Below are positions 51,529-62,695 of a stretch of 64,000 bases of DNA, piece by piece. The notes under the pieces were generated by a model. That model was given only the letters and a program-made list of their open reading frames with translations. It did not search any database and was not told where the DNA came from. The DNA lies in NCBI GenBank assembly GCA_034520565.1, contig JAXHNL010000002.1, positions 1,376,001 to 1,440,000 of the forward strand. Reading direction: 5' to 3'. This DNA is from Halodesulfurarchaeum sp. Lineage in GTDB: Archaea; Halobacteriota; Halobacteria; Halobacteriales; Halobacteriaceae. Positions within the stretch are counted from its first letter, which is position 1; every line of letters begins with the position of its first letter. The translations under genes and the position numbers were made by a program.

Positions 51529-52491
51529 ATGGAAGCCGACGGGGACGTCTGCGTGCTGATTCCGACGCTCAACGAGGCCGAGACCATCGGCGACGTCATC
51601 GAGGGCCTCCGGGCGGCGGGCCTCGACAACATTCTCGTCATCGACGGCGATTCGGCCGACGACACGGCCGAAATCGCCGAGTCAGCAGGCGCCCGCGTCA
51701 TGGTTCAATCGGGGAGCGGCAAGGGCCAGGCCGTTCGCGAGGCGCTCGAACACGTCGAAAGCGAATACGTCCTCATGCTCGATGGTGACGGCACCTACGC
51801 TCCCTCGCAGGCCGAACGGCTGCTGGAGCCGCTCCGGTCCGGGAACGCTGATCACGTCGTCGGCAACCGGTTTGCCGACATGGAGGCAGGCGCGATGACG
51901 CGGCTCAACAAAGTCGGAAACAGGATCTTCAACGGCGTGTTCAAGCGCGTTCACGGCGAGGACCACGGCGACATTCTGAGCGGCTATCGAGCGTTCACCC
52001 GGGACTCCTTCGACCGGATGCACCTCCAGGCGGAGGGATTCGGCATCGAGACCGAAATCGCCGTCGAGTGTGTCAAACGCGGCCTCGAGGTGGCCGTGGT
52101 CCCGATCACCTACCGGGCTCGTCCGGCCGAATCGGATCCGAACCTCAACCCCATCGCGGACGGCGGGCGGATCTTGCTCACGCTCTACAGCCTCGCGAAG
52201 ACGACGAACCCGCTTTTCTACTTCGGGAGCATCGGCGCGGTGATTTTCGGCGGGGGCGTGGTCCTGGGCGGGTACGTCGGGATCGAGTACTTCACGCAGG
52301 GGATCTCCCACGAGATCATCGCCGTCGTGGCGACGCTCGCCCTATTGCTCGGGGGGCAGTTGATCCTCTTCGGCTTTCTCGCGGACATGCTCGCGAGCCT
52401 GCACCGCGAGCGGCTTCGGCGGTTCGACGAGCTCGACGAGCGCCTCGAGGCCCTCGACGACCGGACCGAGGGCTCGAGACTAGCGATGTGA
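51529..52491 (+). CDS. aglJ: Dolichol-phosphate glycosyltransferase AglJ
   Basis: VCVLIPTLNE, DGDGTY and DILSGYR motifs; two C-terminal TM helices. Confidence 0.87.
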   Translation: MEADGDVCVLIPTLNEAETIGDVIEGLRAAGLDNILVIDGDSADDTAEIAESAGARVMVQSGSGKGQAVREALEHVESEYVLMLDGDGTYAPSQAERLLEPLRSGNADHVVGNRFADMEAGAMTRLNKVGNRIFNGVFKRVHGEDHGDILSGYRAFTRDSFDRMHLQAEGFGIETEIAVECVKRGLEVAVVPITYRARPAESDPNLNPIADGGRILLTLYSLAKTTNPLFYFGSIGAVIFGGGVVLGGYVGIEYFTQGISHEIIAVVATLALLLGGQLILFGFLADMLASLHRERLRRFDELDERLEALDDRTEGSRLAM

Positions 52492-53134
52492 GCGCACCAA
52501 GCCACGCCTGCGGGAGTCGTCGGCGAGCGCCGGCAAGCGACCGGTCGAGCGCTCGCGTCGCGTTTTCGTGGATGCCCGGGCCGTGGCCCACGAGTATTCG
52601 GTCCGGGTTCAACCCGGCGAGTGCGGTCGGCGGCGCGATTCGAACCATCGGATGGACGCCGATGCGCTCCGGCCCGACCGTGAAGTAGGAGGCATTCCCC
52701 AGCACGTCCGCGGTAACCAGCGTCTCACCGTCGTACAGGGCTGCCTCTCTCCACCGTGGCCAGTTAAGGGTTTGAATGACCTGGACATCCTCGTCTGGCA
52801 GGGTTTCTCCGAGGATTTCGACCGGCGCGTCGAATTTCCGATCCACGTAGTGCGGGCGGAAAACCGGGACGTCGAATCGGTTCGCGAACGCTGCGGCATC
52901 GCGTTCGTGCCGGTCGAGCAATACCACCACGCCCGTGACCTCGCCGAGGGCTTCGATCTCCTCGTCGATCCCACCGGCATCGACCGGGTCGATGATCCAG
53001 ACGCCGTTTCCGAAGTCGATGGCGTGACTGGCCCGTTGCATCGTCTCCTCGGGGTGGGCGATCCAGCCGAAGCCGTCGTCGAATCGATCGACGATCTCGG
53101 GTTCGATCGGGGAGCCGTCGTCCCGGAATGGCAT
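52316..53134 (-). CDS. Metallo-beta-lactamase-like hypothetical protein (3' end uncertain, overlaps aglJ)
   Basis: LLDRHERD and LVGHG motifs. Confidence 0.7.
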   Translation of the reverse strand: MPFRDDGSPIEPEIVDRFDDGFGWIAHPEETMQRASHAIDFGNGVWIIDPVDAGGIDEEIEALGEVTGVVVLLDRHERDAAAFANRFDVPVFRPHYVDRKFDAPVEILGETLPDEDVQVIQTLNWPRWREAALYDGETLVTADVLGNASYFTVGPERIGVHPMVRIAPPTALAGLNPDRILVGHGPGIHENATRALDRSLAGARRRLPQAWLGALTSLVSSPRSGRRGPRGARRARRTAEAARGAGSRACPRESRRGSTAPRAIGRASPRRR

Positions 53135-53227
53135 ACCGGTGCTACGGGCCCTGTGCTGTTAATGATTCGTCCAGCGGCGACGGGTCCGATCGTGGTTTCT
53201 TGCAGGGCTGTCGTGGAACGAAGACCG

Positions 53228-53530
53228 CTACAGCCGTTCGGTGTCGATCACGACTCCCGGTGGCCCGACCACGAGAAACCGGCGGAAGTGGGTCAACGTG
53301 CCACCGCCTTCCTTGATGTCGCGGGCGAAGCCGGCAGCCAGCTCGTTGATGTCACCCTCGATGGCGAGGATGAGCACGTTGCCGGCCTCGATTTCGGCGA
53401 TCCACTCGTCGTCGGGCGTCGTCCCGTCGAGGGTACCAAGGACGATTCGTCCGCCAAAGGCGCCTTCCTCGGTCTCCTCGATGTCGAGTTCCTCCTCGGC
53501 GTCGCGGAGGTCGAGGCTGAAATCGCTCAT
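53228..53530 (-). CDS. Conserved haloarchaeal protein (DUF5779-like, from recall)
   Basis: Acidic 100-aa ORF, MSDFSLDLR...VIDTERL. Confidence 0.75.
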   Translation of the reverse strand: MSDFSLDLRDAEEELDIEETEEGAFGGRIVLGTLDGTTPDDEWIAEIEAGNVLILAIEGDINELAAGFARDIKEGGGTLTHFRRFLVVGPPGVVIDTERL

Positions 53531-53625
53531 TGGCTTTGAGAAGGCCGCCGGCAGATAAAAACGTTCGTCCGAGGGGCGGTCTCGAGGCCGCCCACGAGGG
53601 AGGCACTGTCCGTCTCGTGGCCGCC

Positions 53626-54336
53626 CTACAGTTCGACGGTCTCGTCGCCTGCCAGAATCTCGACGCTCGCCCCGCTACCAGTCGCTTCGACGGCTGCCGC
53701 GAAGTCGTTCGGATCCTGTTCGATCGGCGGGAACGTGTCGTAGTGCATCGGGAACGCGCGCCTGACGCCGAGCCAATCGACGGCGAGGGCGGCCTGCTCC
53801 GGGCCCATGGTGAAGTGATCCCCGATGGGGACCGCGGCCGCGTCCGGTTCGAGGTGAGCGCCGATCACGTCACGCATTTCGCTCATCAGGGCCGTGTCGC
53901 CGGCGTGGTAGAAGGTCGTGCGCTCGACTGTCTCCGCGTTCGGATCGGTGTCGCCGATCAGGAACCCGGCTGGCATCCCGGCCGAGTTGGCGTAGTCGGT
54001 TTCGATGCCGTTCGTGTGATCGGCCCGGTGCATCGTGACGAAGGCGTCACCGGCTTCGACGGTTCCGCCGAGGTTCATGCCGATGGTGTCCTCGACGCCG
54101 TACTCGTCGCCGACGTAGGCCGCGAGTTCCGGGGTCGCGATGACAGTGCTCCCAGTGAACTGGGGGACGTGTGCGATGTGGTCCGCGTGCCCGTGGGTCA
54201 GCAGGACGAAGTCGGGTTCCGTCACGCCCGCGGGTCCGAGATCGGTTTTCGGGTTGTCGAAGAACGGGTCGATCAGCAGGTTCGTTTCGCCGACGGTCAC
54301 CGCCCAGGTCGAATGGCCGTGCCAGGTGAGTTCCAT
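53626..54336 (-). CDS. Metal-dependent hydrolase (UPF0173)
   Basis: [16 protein letters not shown] and PMHYDTF motifs. Confidence 0.9.
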   Translation of the reverse strand: MELTWHGHSTWAVTVGETNLLIDPFFDNPKTDLGPAGVTEPDFVLLTHGHADHIAHVPQFTGSTVIATPELAAYVGDEYGVEDTIGMNLGGTVEAGDAFVTMHRADHTNGIETDYANSAGMPAGFLIGDTDPNAETVERTTFYHAGDTALMSEMRDVIGAHLEPDAAAVPIGDHFTMGPEQAALAVDWLGVRRAFPMHYDTFPPIEQDPNDFAAAVEATGSGASVEILAGDETVEL

Positions 54337-54426
54337 ACCCTCGTGTTCGAGCAATACGATCAAAAACGTGATGGCGAGGAACTCCCGCTCGCAACCCTTA
54401 GGCCCCGGGGGGTCAAAATCCGGCCC

Positions 54427-55161
54427 ATGCGAACCGTACGCTTTCGGGATCCAGCAGGTGCGACCCGGGTTGGCGAGTGGACGAGTGCAGGCATCGAGTT
54501 CGGCGGCCGGGTGTACGATCCGGGCGACGTCGACGTGCTGCCACCGGCCGAACCGACGAAGATCATTGCGATCGGGCTGAACTACGCCGACCACGCCGCA
54601 GAGCGGGACTCGGAGATTCCCGATCGCCCACTGCTTTTTCTCAAAACGCCGAACGCTGTCGCGGGCCACGGCGACACGATCACGCTCCCGGCCGGAAAGG
54701 AGCGGGTCGACTACGAGGCCGAATTCGGCGTGGTGATCGGCGAGCAGGCCCGAAACGTGGACGAAGCCGACGCCTGGGACGTCGTCAAGGGCTTCACCGC
54801 CGTCAACGACGTCTCTAACCGGGACGACCAGGAGCGAGAACAGAACTGGATCCGCGCGAAGGCCTTCGACGGAGCCGCCCCGATGGGACCGGTCGTCGCC
54901 GCCCCCGGGGACGTCCCCGCGGACGCGACGATCGAACTGCGAGTGAACGGGGAGGTCAAACAACACTCCTCCCGGGCCGAGTTCATCTTCTCCGTCCCCG
55001 AACTGATCGCCGAGATCACGGCCCTCATGACCCTCGAACCGGGCGACGTCATCAGCACGGGGACGCCGGCAGGCGTCGGCCCGCTCGAGGACGGGGACAC
55101 CGTCGAAATCGAGATCGAGGGCGTCGGCACCCTCGAACACGACGTCGAACGGGTCGAGTGA
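54427..55161 (+). CDS. Fumarylacetoacetate hydrolase family protein
   Basis: GLNYADH, DYEAE and STGTPAGVG motifs. Confidence 0.92.
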   Translation: MRTVRFRDPAGATRVGEWTSAGIEFGGRVYDPGDVDVLPPAEPTKIIAIGLNYADHAAERDSEIPDRPLLFLKTPNAVAGHGDTITLPAGKERVDYEAEFGVVIGEQARNVDEADAWDVVKGFTAVNDVSNRDDQEREQNWIRAKAFDGAAPMGPVVAAPGDVPADATIELRVNGEVKQHSSRAEFIFSVPELIAEITALMTLEPGDVISTGTPAGVGPLEDGDTVEIEIEGVGTLEHDVERVE

Positions 55162-55210
55162 CTGTCGCGCGGTGACCACGCTTAAGCCGCGGCCCCGTTT
55201 TCCTTCTCTC

Positions 55211-56283
55211 ATGCACCCACGGGACCTCTCCGCGAACCCGGAGTACGTCGCCGGCAAGGGCATCGAGGAGGTCGTCCGCGAACTGGGGATGGACCCCGCG
55301 GAGCTCGTGAAACTCGCGTCGAACGAGAATCCGCTCGGACCGAGTCCGAAGGCCGTCACGGCCATTCGCGAGACGGCCCCGGACGTCCATCACTACCCGA
55401 AGTCGGTCCACACGGACCTCACCGACGCGATCGCCGCAAAGTGGGACGTCGAACCCGCACAGATCTGGCTCTCGCCCGGTGGGGACGGGGCACTGGACTT
55501 TCTCGCGCGGGCGATGCTCGATCCCGGTGACGGCGTCCTCGTTCCGGAGCCGGGATTCGCCTACTACGAGATGTCCGCGCGCTTTCACCACGGGACGGTG
55601 GCGCCGTACCGGATCGAGGCGGGGAACGGGTTCGCCCTCGAACCGGAAACGGTCCTCGGGAGCTACGACGGCGAGCGGATCGTCCATCTCACGAGTCCCC
55701 ACAACCCGACCGGCCACCGCTTCACCCTCGACGCGATTCGGGAGATCAGCGATCGAACCGACGAGGAGACCCTGCTGATCGTCGACGAAGCGTACGGCGA
55801 GTTCTCCGACGGGGAGAGCGCAGGGACCCTCTTCGACGAGCGGGAGGACATCGCCGTCCTCCGGACCTTCTCGAAGGCCTACGGGCTGGCCGGACTTCGG
55901 CTCGGCTACGCCATCGTGCCCGATTCCTGGGCGGATGCGTACGCGCGAGTCAACACCCCCTTTTCCGTCAGTTCGATCGCCTGTCGAGCGGGGCTGGCCG
56001 CCCTCGAGGATGAGGCCCACGTCGAAGCAACCGTCGAGACCGTCGAGGAATCCCGCGAGCACCTGGAGTCCGCAATCGACGCGCCGGTTCTCGCGAGCCA
56101 CGGCAATTTCGTCATGGTCGAGGTTGGGGATGGGACGGCCGTCGCGGACGCCATGCGTGAACGAGGGGTCATCATCCGGGATCTGTCGAGTTTTGGCCTC
56201 CCGAGTACGTCCGGATCACCGCCGGGACCGAATCGGAGACGGAACGGGCGGTTCGGGAACTCAACGAGGTGCTCGCGACGTGA
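55211..56283 (+). CDS. hisC: Histidinol-phosphate aminotransferase; 1-nt deletion at about 56200
   Basis: [10 protein letters not shown] and [16 protein letters not shown]; adding one C restores [10 protein letters not shown]...EVLAT-stop. Confidence 0.92.
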
Positions 56284-56786
56284 AAGTGGCCGTCACTGGA
56301 ACGCCGGGGACGGGGAAAACGACCGCGACCGAACGGCTCGATACCGTCCTCGACGTCGTTCACCTGAACGAGGTCATCCGCGATGAAGGGCTCTACACGG
56401 AGCGAGACGAGGAGCGGGATACCGTGGTCGCCGACCTCGAGGCCGTCGGGGAGTATCTCGTGGGGATGGACCACGTCGTGATCGAATCACATCTCTCACA
56501 TCACCTCGACGTGGACCGGGTGATCGTCCTTCGCTGTCGTCCCGAGACCATCGAATCACGCCTTCTCGATCGAGGCGAATCCGCCGAATCGGCCCGCGAG
56601 AACGCCGAAAGCGAAGCCCTCGACGTGATCCTCACCGAAGCAGTCGAAGCCAACGGTCGGGACGCGGTGTTCGAAATCGAGACGACCGACCAGTCCCCCG
56701 ACGAAACGGCCCGGGCGATCGAATCGGCGATCGCGGGCGATCGCGAACCGAGTGCAGGGAGCGTCGATTTCACTGACTACCTATGA
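56280..56786 (+). CDS. Adenylate kinase, AK6 family
   Basis: VTGTPGTGKTT and ESHLSH motifs. Confidence 0.9.
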   Translation: MKVAVTGTPGTGKTTATERLDTVLDVVHLNEVIRDEGLYTERDEERDTVVADLEAVGEYLVGMDHVVIESHLSHHLDVDRVIVLRCRPETIESRLLDRGESAESARENAESEALDVILTEAVEANGRDAVFEIETTDQSPDETARAIESAIAGDREPSAGSVDFTDYL

Positions 56787-57382
56787 CACTCGATAGACTG
56801 AGACCGATTGCGAACCTGTTCCTCGATCCCTTCGTCGGCACCGCCAAGCGCATCGGGCTGACTCCGGACGTCGTTTCGCTCGTGGCGTTTACGGTGGCCA
56901 TCGCGGCCGGAATCTCGTTTTTCCAGGCCAGGCCGGCGTGGTATCTCGCCGGGGCGATCTTCGTCGTCATGAACGGCTGGCTCGACCTCCTGGATGGCGC
57001 GCTGGCCCGCGAGATGAATATCGATTCCCGGGCCGGCGATCTTCTCGATCACGTGCTCGACCGGTACGCCGACCTCGTGATCGTCGCGGGTCTGGCCGGT
57101 GGTATCGGGCGATACGGACTCGGATTTGCCGCCGTGACAGGGGTCCTCCTCACCTCCTACATGGGGACACAGATCGAGGCCGTGGGCCTCGAACGGGAGT
57201 ACGGCGGGCTCGTGGGTCGGGCAGACCGACTCGCCGGGATCGGGATCGTCGCGGTCGTCGTGACGGTGGTGCCCGAGGTCGCTGGCGTCTCGCTCGTGGC
57301 GATCCTGTTGGGGGCCCTTGCGGTCGTCGGTCACGTCACCGCCCTCCAGCGCTTTTACGGGGCCTGGACCGCACTTCGGTGA
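56783..57382 (+). CDS. CDP-alcohol phosphatidyltransferase
   Basis: DLLDGALAR...GDLLDHVLDRYAD motif. Confidence 0.92.
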   Translation: MTLDRLRPIANLFLDPFVGTAKRIGLTPDVVSLVAFTVAIAAGISFFQARPAWYLAGAIFVVMNGWLDLLDGALAREMNIDSRAGDLLDHVLDRYADLVIVAGLAGGIGRYGLGFAAVTGVLLTSYMGTQIEAVGLEREYGGLVGRADRLAGIGIVAVVVTVVPEVAGVSLVAILLGALAVVGHVTALQRFYGAWTALR

Positions 57383-57425
57383 GCCGGTCGTACCATTTAA
57401 GGCCGGTGACAGGGAATACTCGCCC

Positions 57426-57950
57426 ATGGTTCAGTGTGAGATGTGCGGCGCCGAGACTCCCGCTCCGAACACGGTCAAGATCGAGGGCGCCGAGTTGCAG
57501 GTCTGTGATGACTGTGCCGAGTTCGGCACCGAAGTCAAGACCCAGAAGACCACGAGCACCTCGAGTAAGTATTCGACCAAATCGAGCGGGTCGAGTTCCT
57601 CGACTGGGTCGGCGACCACCGGCGGCAGTGGCGGCTCGAGCGGCCGACGTCGCGACCTCTACGACGAGATGGAGGAACTCGCGGAGGACTACGACGACCG
57701 GATTCGCAACGCACGGGAAAGCCGGGATCTCACCCAGGAGGAACTCGCCAACCAGATCAACGAGAAGGTGAGTCTCATCCGGAAACTCGAACACGGGGAC
57801 ATGCTTCCAAGCGACGAGGTGCAGTCGAAACTCGAAGGCCACTTCGGCATTTCGCTGACGGCCGCTGCCGAGACGAGCGAGGAGGAGTGGGACTCAGGCG
57901 GGAGCGATTCGGGATTGACCCTCGGGGACATGGTCGAGCGGAAGGACTGA
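57426..57950 (+). CDS. mbf1: Archaeal multiprotein bridging factor aMBF1
   Basis: CEMCG..CDDC zinc ribbon, HTH and TLGD C-terminus. Confidence 0.92.
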   Translation: MVQCEMCGAETPAPNTVKIEGAELQVCDDCAEFGTEVKTQKTTSTSSKYSTKSSGSSSSTGSATTGGSGGSSGRRRDLYDEMEELAEDYDDRIRNARESRDLTQEELANQINEKVSLIRKLEHGDMLPSDEVQSKLEGHFGISLTAAAETSEEEWDSGGSDSGLTLGDMVERKD

Positions 57951-58006
57951 CCGACCCGACACCGACAACCAGCAATCTTTTTCGCCGTCCGCCCAGTTTC
58001 GCCGGT

Positions 58007-58648
58007 ATGTTCGTCCTCGTCAATTTGAAAGCATACGCCGTCGACCCGGTCGAGATTGCCACCGCCGCGGCTGCCGTTGACGACGCGAGCGAGACCGACA
58101 TCGCCGTGGCGCCGCAGGCCGCAGACCTCGCTTCAGTCGCCGAGACCGGTGTCGGGACCTGGGCCCAACATACGAGCCCGGTCGAACCGGGGAGTCACAC
58201 CGGCCAGCCCCTCGCGGAGGGTCTGTCCCGAAACGGCGCGACCGGGACCCTGATCAACCACTCCGAGCGACGACTCACGCTCGCGGAAATCGACGCGGCC
58301 ATCGAAAGCGCGGATCGGGCCGGCCTCGAAACGATCGTCTGTGCGAACAATCCGGACCAGATCGCCGCCGTGAGTGCGCTCGGCCCGGACGCCGTCGCCG
58401 TGGAACCGCCGGAACTCATCGGGACCGGCACCCCTGTCAGCCAGGCCGACCCGTCGATCGTCTCCGAGGCCGTCGAGGCCGCCGCGGCCGTGAATCCCTC
58501 CGTCGACGTGTACTGTGGGGCCGGGATCAGTACGGCCGAAGACGTCGCAGCGGCCGCGGACCTGGGTGCAGATGGGGTGTTGCTCGCGAGTGGCGTCGCG
58601 AAGGCGGACGATCCGGCCGCCGCGCTCGAGGGCCTCGTTTCGGAGTAA
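58007..58648 (+). CDS. tpiA: Triosephosphate isomerase
   Basis: VNLKAY, NHSE and [10 protein letters not shown] motifs. Confidence 0.96.
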   Translation: MFVLVNLKAYAVDPVEIATAAAAVDDASETDIAVAPQAADLASVAETGVGTWAQHTSPVEPGSHTGQPLAEGLSRNGATGTLINHSERRLTLAEIDAAIESADRAGLETIVCANNPDQIAAVSALGPDAVAVEPPELIGTGTPVSQADPSIVSEAVEAAAAVNPSVDVYCGAGISTAEDVAAAADLGADGVLLASGVAKADDPAAALEGLVSE

Positions 58649-58652
58649 CTTC

Positions 58653-59888
58653 TCAGCCCTCCTCGCCGAAGGTGTCGAAACGTGCCTGCCCCCTGATCTC
58701 TGATTCGCGATTCGGATCGTCCATGTCGGCAGAGGCGTCGGACCAGTCACCGAGTCCGGCCTGCTCGTTGTCGGCAAAGCTCAGGTTCGACACGCGGACG
58801 CCCAGTTTGCGCACCCGGCCGCCCGCGAATTCGTCGAAGAGGGACTGGGCCGTCTCCCGAACGAGTTCCGGATCGTCCACGGGGCCACTGAGCGAGCGCT
58901 CGCGCGTGTTCAGCTCGTAGGGCGGCTGGATGACTTTGATACCGATGGTCCGGTAGAGGGCCCCCTTGTCGGTGGCTCTGGAGGCGACCGCACGGGCCAG
59001 CGCGTCGATCTGCTCCCGCGCCCCTTCGGGATCCGAAATCGGATCGCCGAAGGAACTCTCCCGCGAAAGACTCTTCGGCCTGCCGCGCGATTCGACCTCG
59101 CGCTCGTCGATCCCCCGGGCGCGGAAGTGGAGGTCTCGCCCGCGCTCGCCGAAGCGGTCGGTGATGTCCTCGAGGTCGGCCTCGGCGAGATTGCCGATGG
59201 TGTCGATTCCGAGGTCGTGGAACGTCGCGGCGCTTTTCGGGCCGACGCCGTGCAGGTCCTCGATGGGAAGCGGGTCGAGGAAGTCCCGAAGATTTTCGGG
59301 TGGGATGACAGTCAGGCCGTCCGGTTTGTCGTGATCCGAGGCGATCTTCGCCGCGCTCATGTTCGGCGCGACGCCGACGCTTGCCGGGACGCCCACCTCT
59401 CGCTCGATGCGCTGTTTGACGTGGCGGCCGAATCCCTCCGCGACCTCCCAGGCGGTCCGCTCGGTCACGTCGAGGTAGGCCTCGTCGATGCTCACTTCTC
59501 TGACGGTTTCGGCCAGTTCGGACAGGATCGATTTCACGTCGCTCGCGACGGACTTGTAGTAGTCGTGATCGACCGAGCGGTAGTAGCCGACAGGCTCCTC
59601 GCTCGCTTCGGTTTCCCCGGGTGGGTGATCTGCTCGCGGGAGTCGATCGAGGGCCTCGGAGATCGGTTGGGCGCTCTGGACCCCGTACTCCCGGGCTTCG
59701 TAACTGGCGGTGGCGACCGCGCCGATGTTCTCACCCGGCTTGTAGCCCATTCCGACGACGACCGGCTCGCCCTCGAGTTCGGGCTCGCGAAGCCGCTCGC
59801 AGGACGCATAGAAGCAGTCCATGTCCACGTGAAGCACGATGGCCGGATCGGACTCGGTTGCACCCGGAAGCCGGCCCTCGCGTGGCAT
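58653..59888 (-). CDS. dinB: Y-family DNA polymerase IV
   Basis: HVDMDCFYASCE, SIDEAY and KPDG motifs. Confidence 0.95.
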   Translation of the reverse strand: MPREGRLPGATESDPAIVLHVDMDCFYASCERLREPELEGEPVVVGMGYKPGENIGAVATASYEAREYGVQSAQPISEALDRLPRADHPPGETEASEEPVGYYRSVDHDYYKSVASDVKSILSELAETVREVSIDEAYLDVTERTAWEVAEGFGRHVKQRIEREVGVPASVGVAPNMSAAKIASDHDKPDGLTVIPPENLRDFLDPLPIEDLHGVGPKSAATFHDLGIDTIGNLAEADLEDITDRFGERGRDLHFRARGIDEREVESRGRPKSLSRESSFGDPISDPEGAREQIDALARAVASRATDKGALYRTIGIKVIQPPYELNTRERSLSGPVDDPELVRETAQSLFDEFAGGRVRKLGVRVSNLSFADNEQAGLGDWSDASADMDDPNRESEIRGQARFDTFGEEG

Positions 59889-59967
59889 AGGTCATCCTCG
59901 GACCTGCGAGCATTTAACGAGTGCCCACGGCGGCCGATTCGGTTGACTGCCGAACGGAACCGACCGT

Positions 59968-60726
59968 TCAGACGCCTTCGATCTGTGTGCCCTTCTCTCG
60001 ACACGTTTCGAGGCCGTGTTTTGCGGCCATACCGGCGTCGTGGGCCGTCGTTCCGGATCCCACGCCGACCTGGAGGGTCACGTCGGCGGTCGCCTCGACG
60101 TGCTCGATGACGTCGCGGTAGTCCGCTTCGTCGAGATCCGGGCAGATCGCGATGACGTTGTCGCCACCCACGAAAAAGGAGAGGCCGCCGTACTCGTCGT
60201 GGAGGTGCTGCATGAGGGCGAAATAGCCGTGTTCGATGTGGATGAAGGTGGAGAAGGCGTCGAGTTCGTCGGTGTACTTCCCGGTCGCGTCGATCACGTC
60301 GAAGTGGGCGATGTGCACGTCCTCGTCGGTCCGTTCGTCACTCGAGATCGTGCTGCCGAGGAGTTCTTCGGTTCGATCCCGGTCCTGGGCACTCCCGCGG
60401 TCTTGCAGCCGGGCGGTGGCCTCGACGAGCGCTTCGCTCGGCGTCGGACCGTGCCCGATCGCCATGCTGATGGTGACCGGATAGCGGTTGCCGATCGATT
60501 CTTGGACCCGGGCGTGATCCGAGACGTCCATCCCGTTCGTCACGGCGATCATGTTGTCAAAGCGGGTGAAGAACGCGTACCCGCCGTGTTCCCCGAACTT
60601 CTGGGAGAGGTCGGCGAAGAGTCGCGACTGGAGGGTCTGGAGGTCGACCTCGCGACGAGGGGAGGGGGTGACCGTCCACGGGCCGTAGTTGTCGATCTGG
60701 ATGAGGGTGACCTGCGTGTTCGTCAC
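59968..60726 (-). CDS. gch3: GTP cyclohydrolase III
   Basis: QIDNYGPWT, RFDN and FVGGDN motifs. Confidence 0.93.
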   Translation of the reverse strand: MTNTQVTLIQIDNYGPWTVTPSPRREVDLQTLQSRLFADLSQKFGEHGGYAFFTRFDNMIAVTNGMDVSDHARVQESIGNRYPVTISMAIGHGPTPSEALVEATARLQDRGSAQDRDRTEELLGSTISSDERTDEDVHIAHFDVIDATGKYTDELDAFSTFIHIEHGYFALMQHLHDEYGGLSFFVGGDNVIAICPDLDEADYRDVIEHVEATADVTLQVGVGSGTTAHDAGMAAKHGLETCREKGTQIEGV

Positions 60727-60923
60727 GGTGAGTCGTCCTTTTCGCCGTTTGACTTAACCGTTTACGGTCCACCGCGAGCCCCTCCAAACCCGTCAGGTGC
60801 CACGAGGTGAACTGGCCCTCGTTCCGTATCGTCTGAGTTGGGACTGCTGTTAACGCGCGAGCGGGTCGTATCGGCCAGCACGCTTCGGCGGAACCTTATA
60901 GCGGAGAGAGCAAAACTGTCGAT

Positions 60924-61391
60924 ATGGAGCCGATCGGAACGATCCACTCGCCATACACCGATGAGTCCGGGATGCCGATTCAGGGGGCGTTTTCGGACGC
61001 GAGGGGCGTCGTCGAACTCGATCCGGAATTCGAAGCGGGCCTGCTCGACGTCGACGGGTTCTCCCACGTGATCCTGCTCTACGAGTTTCACAACGCGGAC
61101 GGCTACGACCTCCAGCCCCGGCCGTTCATGGAGGACGAGGTCCACGGCGTCTTTGCCACCCGGGCTCCCCGGCGCCCAAATCCGATCGGGCTGTCCGTCG
61201 TCGAACTGGAGAAGGTCTCCGGGAATTCGCTTTTCGTCTCCGGGATCGACGTCCTCGACGGGACGCCGTTGCTCGACGTCAAACCCTTCGTGCCGGCCTT
61301 TAACGGCGTCGAGGAGGCAAGAATCGGATGGCTCGAAGACGCGATCGAAAACGAGGAGCGTCGGGAGGCGGACGATCGATTCCTCGACTGA
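60924..61391 (+). CDS. tsaA: tRNA m6t6A37 methyltransferase TsaA/TrmO
   Basis: GVFATRAPRRPNPIGLS and DGTPLLDVKP motifs. Confidence 0.92.
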   Translation: MEPIGTIHSPYTDESGMPIQGAFSDARGVVELDPEFEAGLLDVDGFSHVILLYEFHNADGYDLQPRPFMEDEVHGVFATRAPRRPNPIGLSVVELEKVSGNSLFVSGIDVLDGTPLLDVKPFVPAFNGVEEARIGWLEDAIENEERREADDRFLD

Positions 61392-61474
61392 TTCGTGTCG
61401 GTTCGGGCCTGTAACCCTGGCACCGGATTCGGAGAGACGCGGGTTTTTGGTTCCGGCTGTCCTGTGACTCGAAC

Positions 61475-62695
61475 ATGGGAGACGCCGAGTCTGTAAGAGG
61501 GTCCGGGTTCGTCGAGCGAACCCGGGTCGATGAGGCACGCGAGATCCTCCGGGCGGAGACGCCGGTCGCGGGGACCGAAACGGTCCCGCTCGAGGCGGCG
61601 GACGGTCGGGTGCTCGCCGAAACGGTCACCTCGCCGCGGAACGTTCCGGACTTCCCGCGAGCGGCGATGGACGGCTACGCGGTCCGGGCCGAGGACACCT
61701 TCGGAGCGGCGGACCGATCACCCGCCGCCCTTTCGGTTCACGGGGAGGATCCCGGCACCGAACAGGCGACCTGGGTTCACACGGGCAGTCCGGTCCCGGA
61801 GCCGGCTGACGCCGTCGTGAAAACCGAACACGCCACGGAGGTCGGCGAGATGGTGGAGATCACGACGGCCGTCGCCGTCGGACAGAACGTGAGTGACGTG
61901 GGCGAGGACCTCGAAGCGGGTCAGCACCTCTTCGATCCCGGTCACCGGCTCCGCCCCTCGGATCTCGCACTGCTCCGGTCCGTGGAGATCGAATCGGTGA
62001 CCGTGCGAAATCAACCCGCAGTCGCCGTGATTCCCACGGGGGAGGAACTCGTCGAGTCGGATCCCGACCCCGGCGAGGCAATCGAAACGAACGGGATCAT
62101 GGTCGCCTCGCTCGTCGAGCGCTGGGGCGGCGAGGCGGCCCACCGGGAGGTCGTCACCGACGACTGGGACGCCCTCGCCGACGCGATCGAATCGGACCTC
62201 GACGCCGACCTGATCGTGACGACCGGTGGCTCCTCCATCGGCAAGCGAGACCTCCTTCCGGCTGTGGTGGAGGAGCTGGGCGAGTTGCTCGTTCACGGTG
62301 TCGGGCTCAAGCCGGGTCACCCAGTGGCACTCGGGCAGGTCGAGGGGACGCCGGTGCTCATGCTTCCGGGGTACCCGGTCGCCTGTATCGTCAACGCCTG
62401 GCAGTTCGTCAGGCCGGCGCTCAACTGGGCGGCTGGAACCACGCCCGACGAACCGGCACGGGTGCAGGCCCGTCTGGATCGGAAAATCCGGAGCGAACCC
62501 GGCATCAGGAGTTGTGTCCGGGTCAGGACCGAATCCGGCGATGACGACGTGACGGCCTCGCCGGTGCACGAGAGCGGGGCGAGCATTCTCTCGAGTGTCT
62601 CGCTCGCGGACGGGTGGGTGCAGGTCCCCGAATCGATCGAGGGGTACGACGCTGATGCTGTCGTGACCGTCGAGTTCTGGGAGGCGATGCCATGA
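61475..62695 (+). CDS. moeA: Molybdopterin molybdotransferase
   Basis: RAAMDGYAV, TGGSS and KPGHP motifs. Confidence 0.92.
   Translation: MGDAESVRGSGFVERTRVDEAREILRAETPVAGTETVPLEAADGRVLAETVTSPRNVPDFPRAAMDGYAVRAEDTFGAADRSPAALSVHGEDPGTEQATWVHTGSPVPEPADAVVKTEHATEVGEMVEITTAVAVGQNVSDVGEDLEAGQHLFDPGHRLRPSDLALLRSVEIESVTVRNQPAVAVIPTGEELVESDPDPGEAIETNGIMVASLVERWGGEAAHREVVTDDWDALADAIESDLDADLIVTTGGSSIGKRDLLPAVVEELGELLVHGVGLKPGHPVALGQVEGTPVLMLPGYPVACIVNAWQFVRPALNWAAGTTPDEPARVQARLDRKIRSEPGIRSCVRVRTESGDDDVTASPVHESGASILSSVSLADGWVQVPESIEGYDADAVVTVEFWEAMP

Noticed and set aside
45628-56202. Programmed frameshifts or pseudogenes in the epimerase (45628), glmU (50364) and hisC (56200)
   Set aside because: All are 1-nt indels in short homopolymers of conserved genes; sequencing error is more parsimonious.
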